Assembly: GCF_006345805.1 (NCBI RefSeq)
Contig: NC_043017.1
Span: forward strand, 33,046,001-33,110,000
DNA length: 64,000 bases
Reading direction: 5' to 3'
From: Octopus sinensis
Lineage: Eukaryota
In this document: piece after piece, positions 62,330 through 64,000 of the stretch
Numbering within the stretch: position 1 is the first letter of the stretch
Layout of the letters: each line of letters opens with the position of its first letter
Made by a program: the position numbers and the translations under genes
The notes under the pieces: model-generated
Databases searched by the model: none
Seen by the model: the letters and a program-made list of their open reading frames with translations, nothing else
Told to the model about the DNA's origin: nothing

Positions 62330-64000
62330 GAGATAAAACTATCAACAAAAAAAAAAAATACAGACGAATATAGATCTGCTAGTCTTAAGAAGCGGCGCTA
62401 TGAGCAATGCTTACATGTAGTGAACCCTAAACTGACAGATCCATCTCCTAATATAAGAATGGATGCTCGTCATGCTTCAAGGTCAACAAATCAAACAATA
62501 AACCGCATTGGTCATTGCGCGGATTACAACAGACCACGTACCCGAAAATTGAACCAAATCCTGATTGAAAAATCAGTTACTGGATCAAATCTTCCCAACA
62601 CACAGGAGCTGGACGAACCCCACAACCGGAATATTCCAACAGATGGCCATCCATGCTCATCACCAAATAATCAAAAGAAAAAGAAGGAAAAATGGTCTAG
62701 GGAAGATAATAAAGAAGTTCTTGAGGCCTTCTACCATGCCATATATTTCCCCACAGATAAGTCTAGCACTGTACAAGCATACTTAAACTGGAGACAGAAA
62801 CACCCTGAAGTAAGACCCTACATAGACAGTAACAAGCTTGCCAATGTTAGAAGAAACATTATAAAAAAGAAATTACTGACTGAAGTAGAGATTGATCAGG
62901 TAGACAAGCAATATCGGATAAAATGAACGAAGCTGCAGCTAGAGAAGATAATACAGAGGAAATGATTATAGACCAGCCCAGGGCGGATAAAAACGAAGAG
63001 AGGATTGAAAGAGTTAGTATAAGTGATAGGCAAAGTGAAATACGCCTGAACCAATCATAAACACTAAGACAGATGAGCATCAAATAGATAAAGAAAGTCA
63101 CACAAATATTGACCCAACAGAACTACATGAGCTAAAAAATCAAATCATGATTGAATGGCTGAAAATTAAAGAAACCAGCATGGATGAGCGTGATACACTT
63201 CCTAAAATCCGCAACTCTAACCAAAACATGAAAATAATTGGTAAAATCCGGCTTGCACTTAAGGATATAATTTCAGTTAATGATGTTGATATCACAAACC
63301 TCAACCACCTATACTATGCATCCGCGAAAATCTCAACGATCCTATGTGGTGTAAAGATTAGAAAACGGCAACAGTCCCACAAATAGCCTTCTTGGCAAGA
63401 GCGTCTGCAACAACAAATTAAAGCATTTAGATCTGACATTGAATATTTGAAAAACCTTAAGGCTCACAAGACTACCAAACCTACAAAAACCCAAAAATTA
63501 CTGAAAAATACAATATGAAAACTATACTTGATATTGATGCCACCATAGAAACCATCAAACAAAAGGTATCTGCCAAAGCTGCCCGCATAGCGAGGTATGA
63601 AAAGCGTGTTAGATTTTTCAAGGACAACAACATGTTCAAAAATAATACCAAGAATTTTTACAGGAAGATAGGCAAAACAGCGTTTACTGCAGGGTCTGTA
63701 CCATCAAAAGAAGAGTGCAGAGATTTTGGAATAAAATCTGGGCAGAAGAAAAAACACACAACGAAAAGGCCCCCTGGATTGACAGAATATCTACAGAACT
63801 GGACCCCTTAGAAGAGCAAAAGTGGGAGGGTGTCAAGGTAGAAGATATAAGATCTGCTCTCAGGAGGTCAAGCAAATGGAAGTCTCCAGGAAAGGATAAA
63901 ATTCCTAACTTCTGGCTGAATGCCTTCCCAGAGAGCCATGAACTGCTAACAGAACTGTACAATGATGTTTTGCAACACCCTAGTAGGATGCCTTCTTGGC
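62330..64000 (+). pseudogene. R4/Dong-type LINE 5' part (N-terminal domain and start of RT), continues past the window edge
   Basis: KWSREDNKEVLEAFY...KLANVRRNIIKK, KQKVSAKAARIARYEKR, NNMFKNNTKNFYR, KWKSPGKDKIPNFWL; follows (AAT)n; contains stops and frameshifts. Confidence 0.88.

Noticed and set aside
104-62336. Dozens of ORFs rich in YI/IY, CV, HT, poly-N/D/M/S/Y
   Set aside because: These are translations of microsatellites, not genes.
62198-62340. Poly-Asn N-terminus of the 242-aa ORF as a protein feature
   Set aside because: It is the (AAT)n target site, in frame with the LINE ORF by chance.

Overview
AT-rich, microsatellite-saturated animal genomic DNA. The SINE/LINE/Penelope repertoire looks like an octopus or other cephalopod genome (inference; not checked by search). 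No host protein-coding gene can be supported, and almost all ORFs in the track are translations of simple repeats. Recognisable content: a frameshifted Neptune-type Penelope-like element (RT + GIY-YIG, ~54.7-57.4 kb); R4/Dong-type RLE LINE fragments at four loci; a CR1/L2-like LINE 3' piece; RTE tails; a full-length decayed mariner with TIRs; two DD37D (maT-like) fragments; non-autonomous Helitrons; a TTAA MITE; and about 25 tRNA-derived SINE copies of four modular types. The most interesting unexplained layer is RNA structure. I find ten type I hammerhead ribozyme (HHR) motifs from about six unrelated sequence families. Six of them lie as outward-facing pairs in asymmetric fold-back elements inserted in (TA)n. 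Five of the ten (three sequence contexts) carry U.U instead of the canonical G-C at the base of stem II. A second oddity is one SINE family that forms 1-5-unit head-to-tail arrays in a fixed register and nests in older copies of itself. HHRs in Penelope-like elements are established knowledge; whether these particular variants and architectures are described cannot be checked here.
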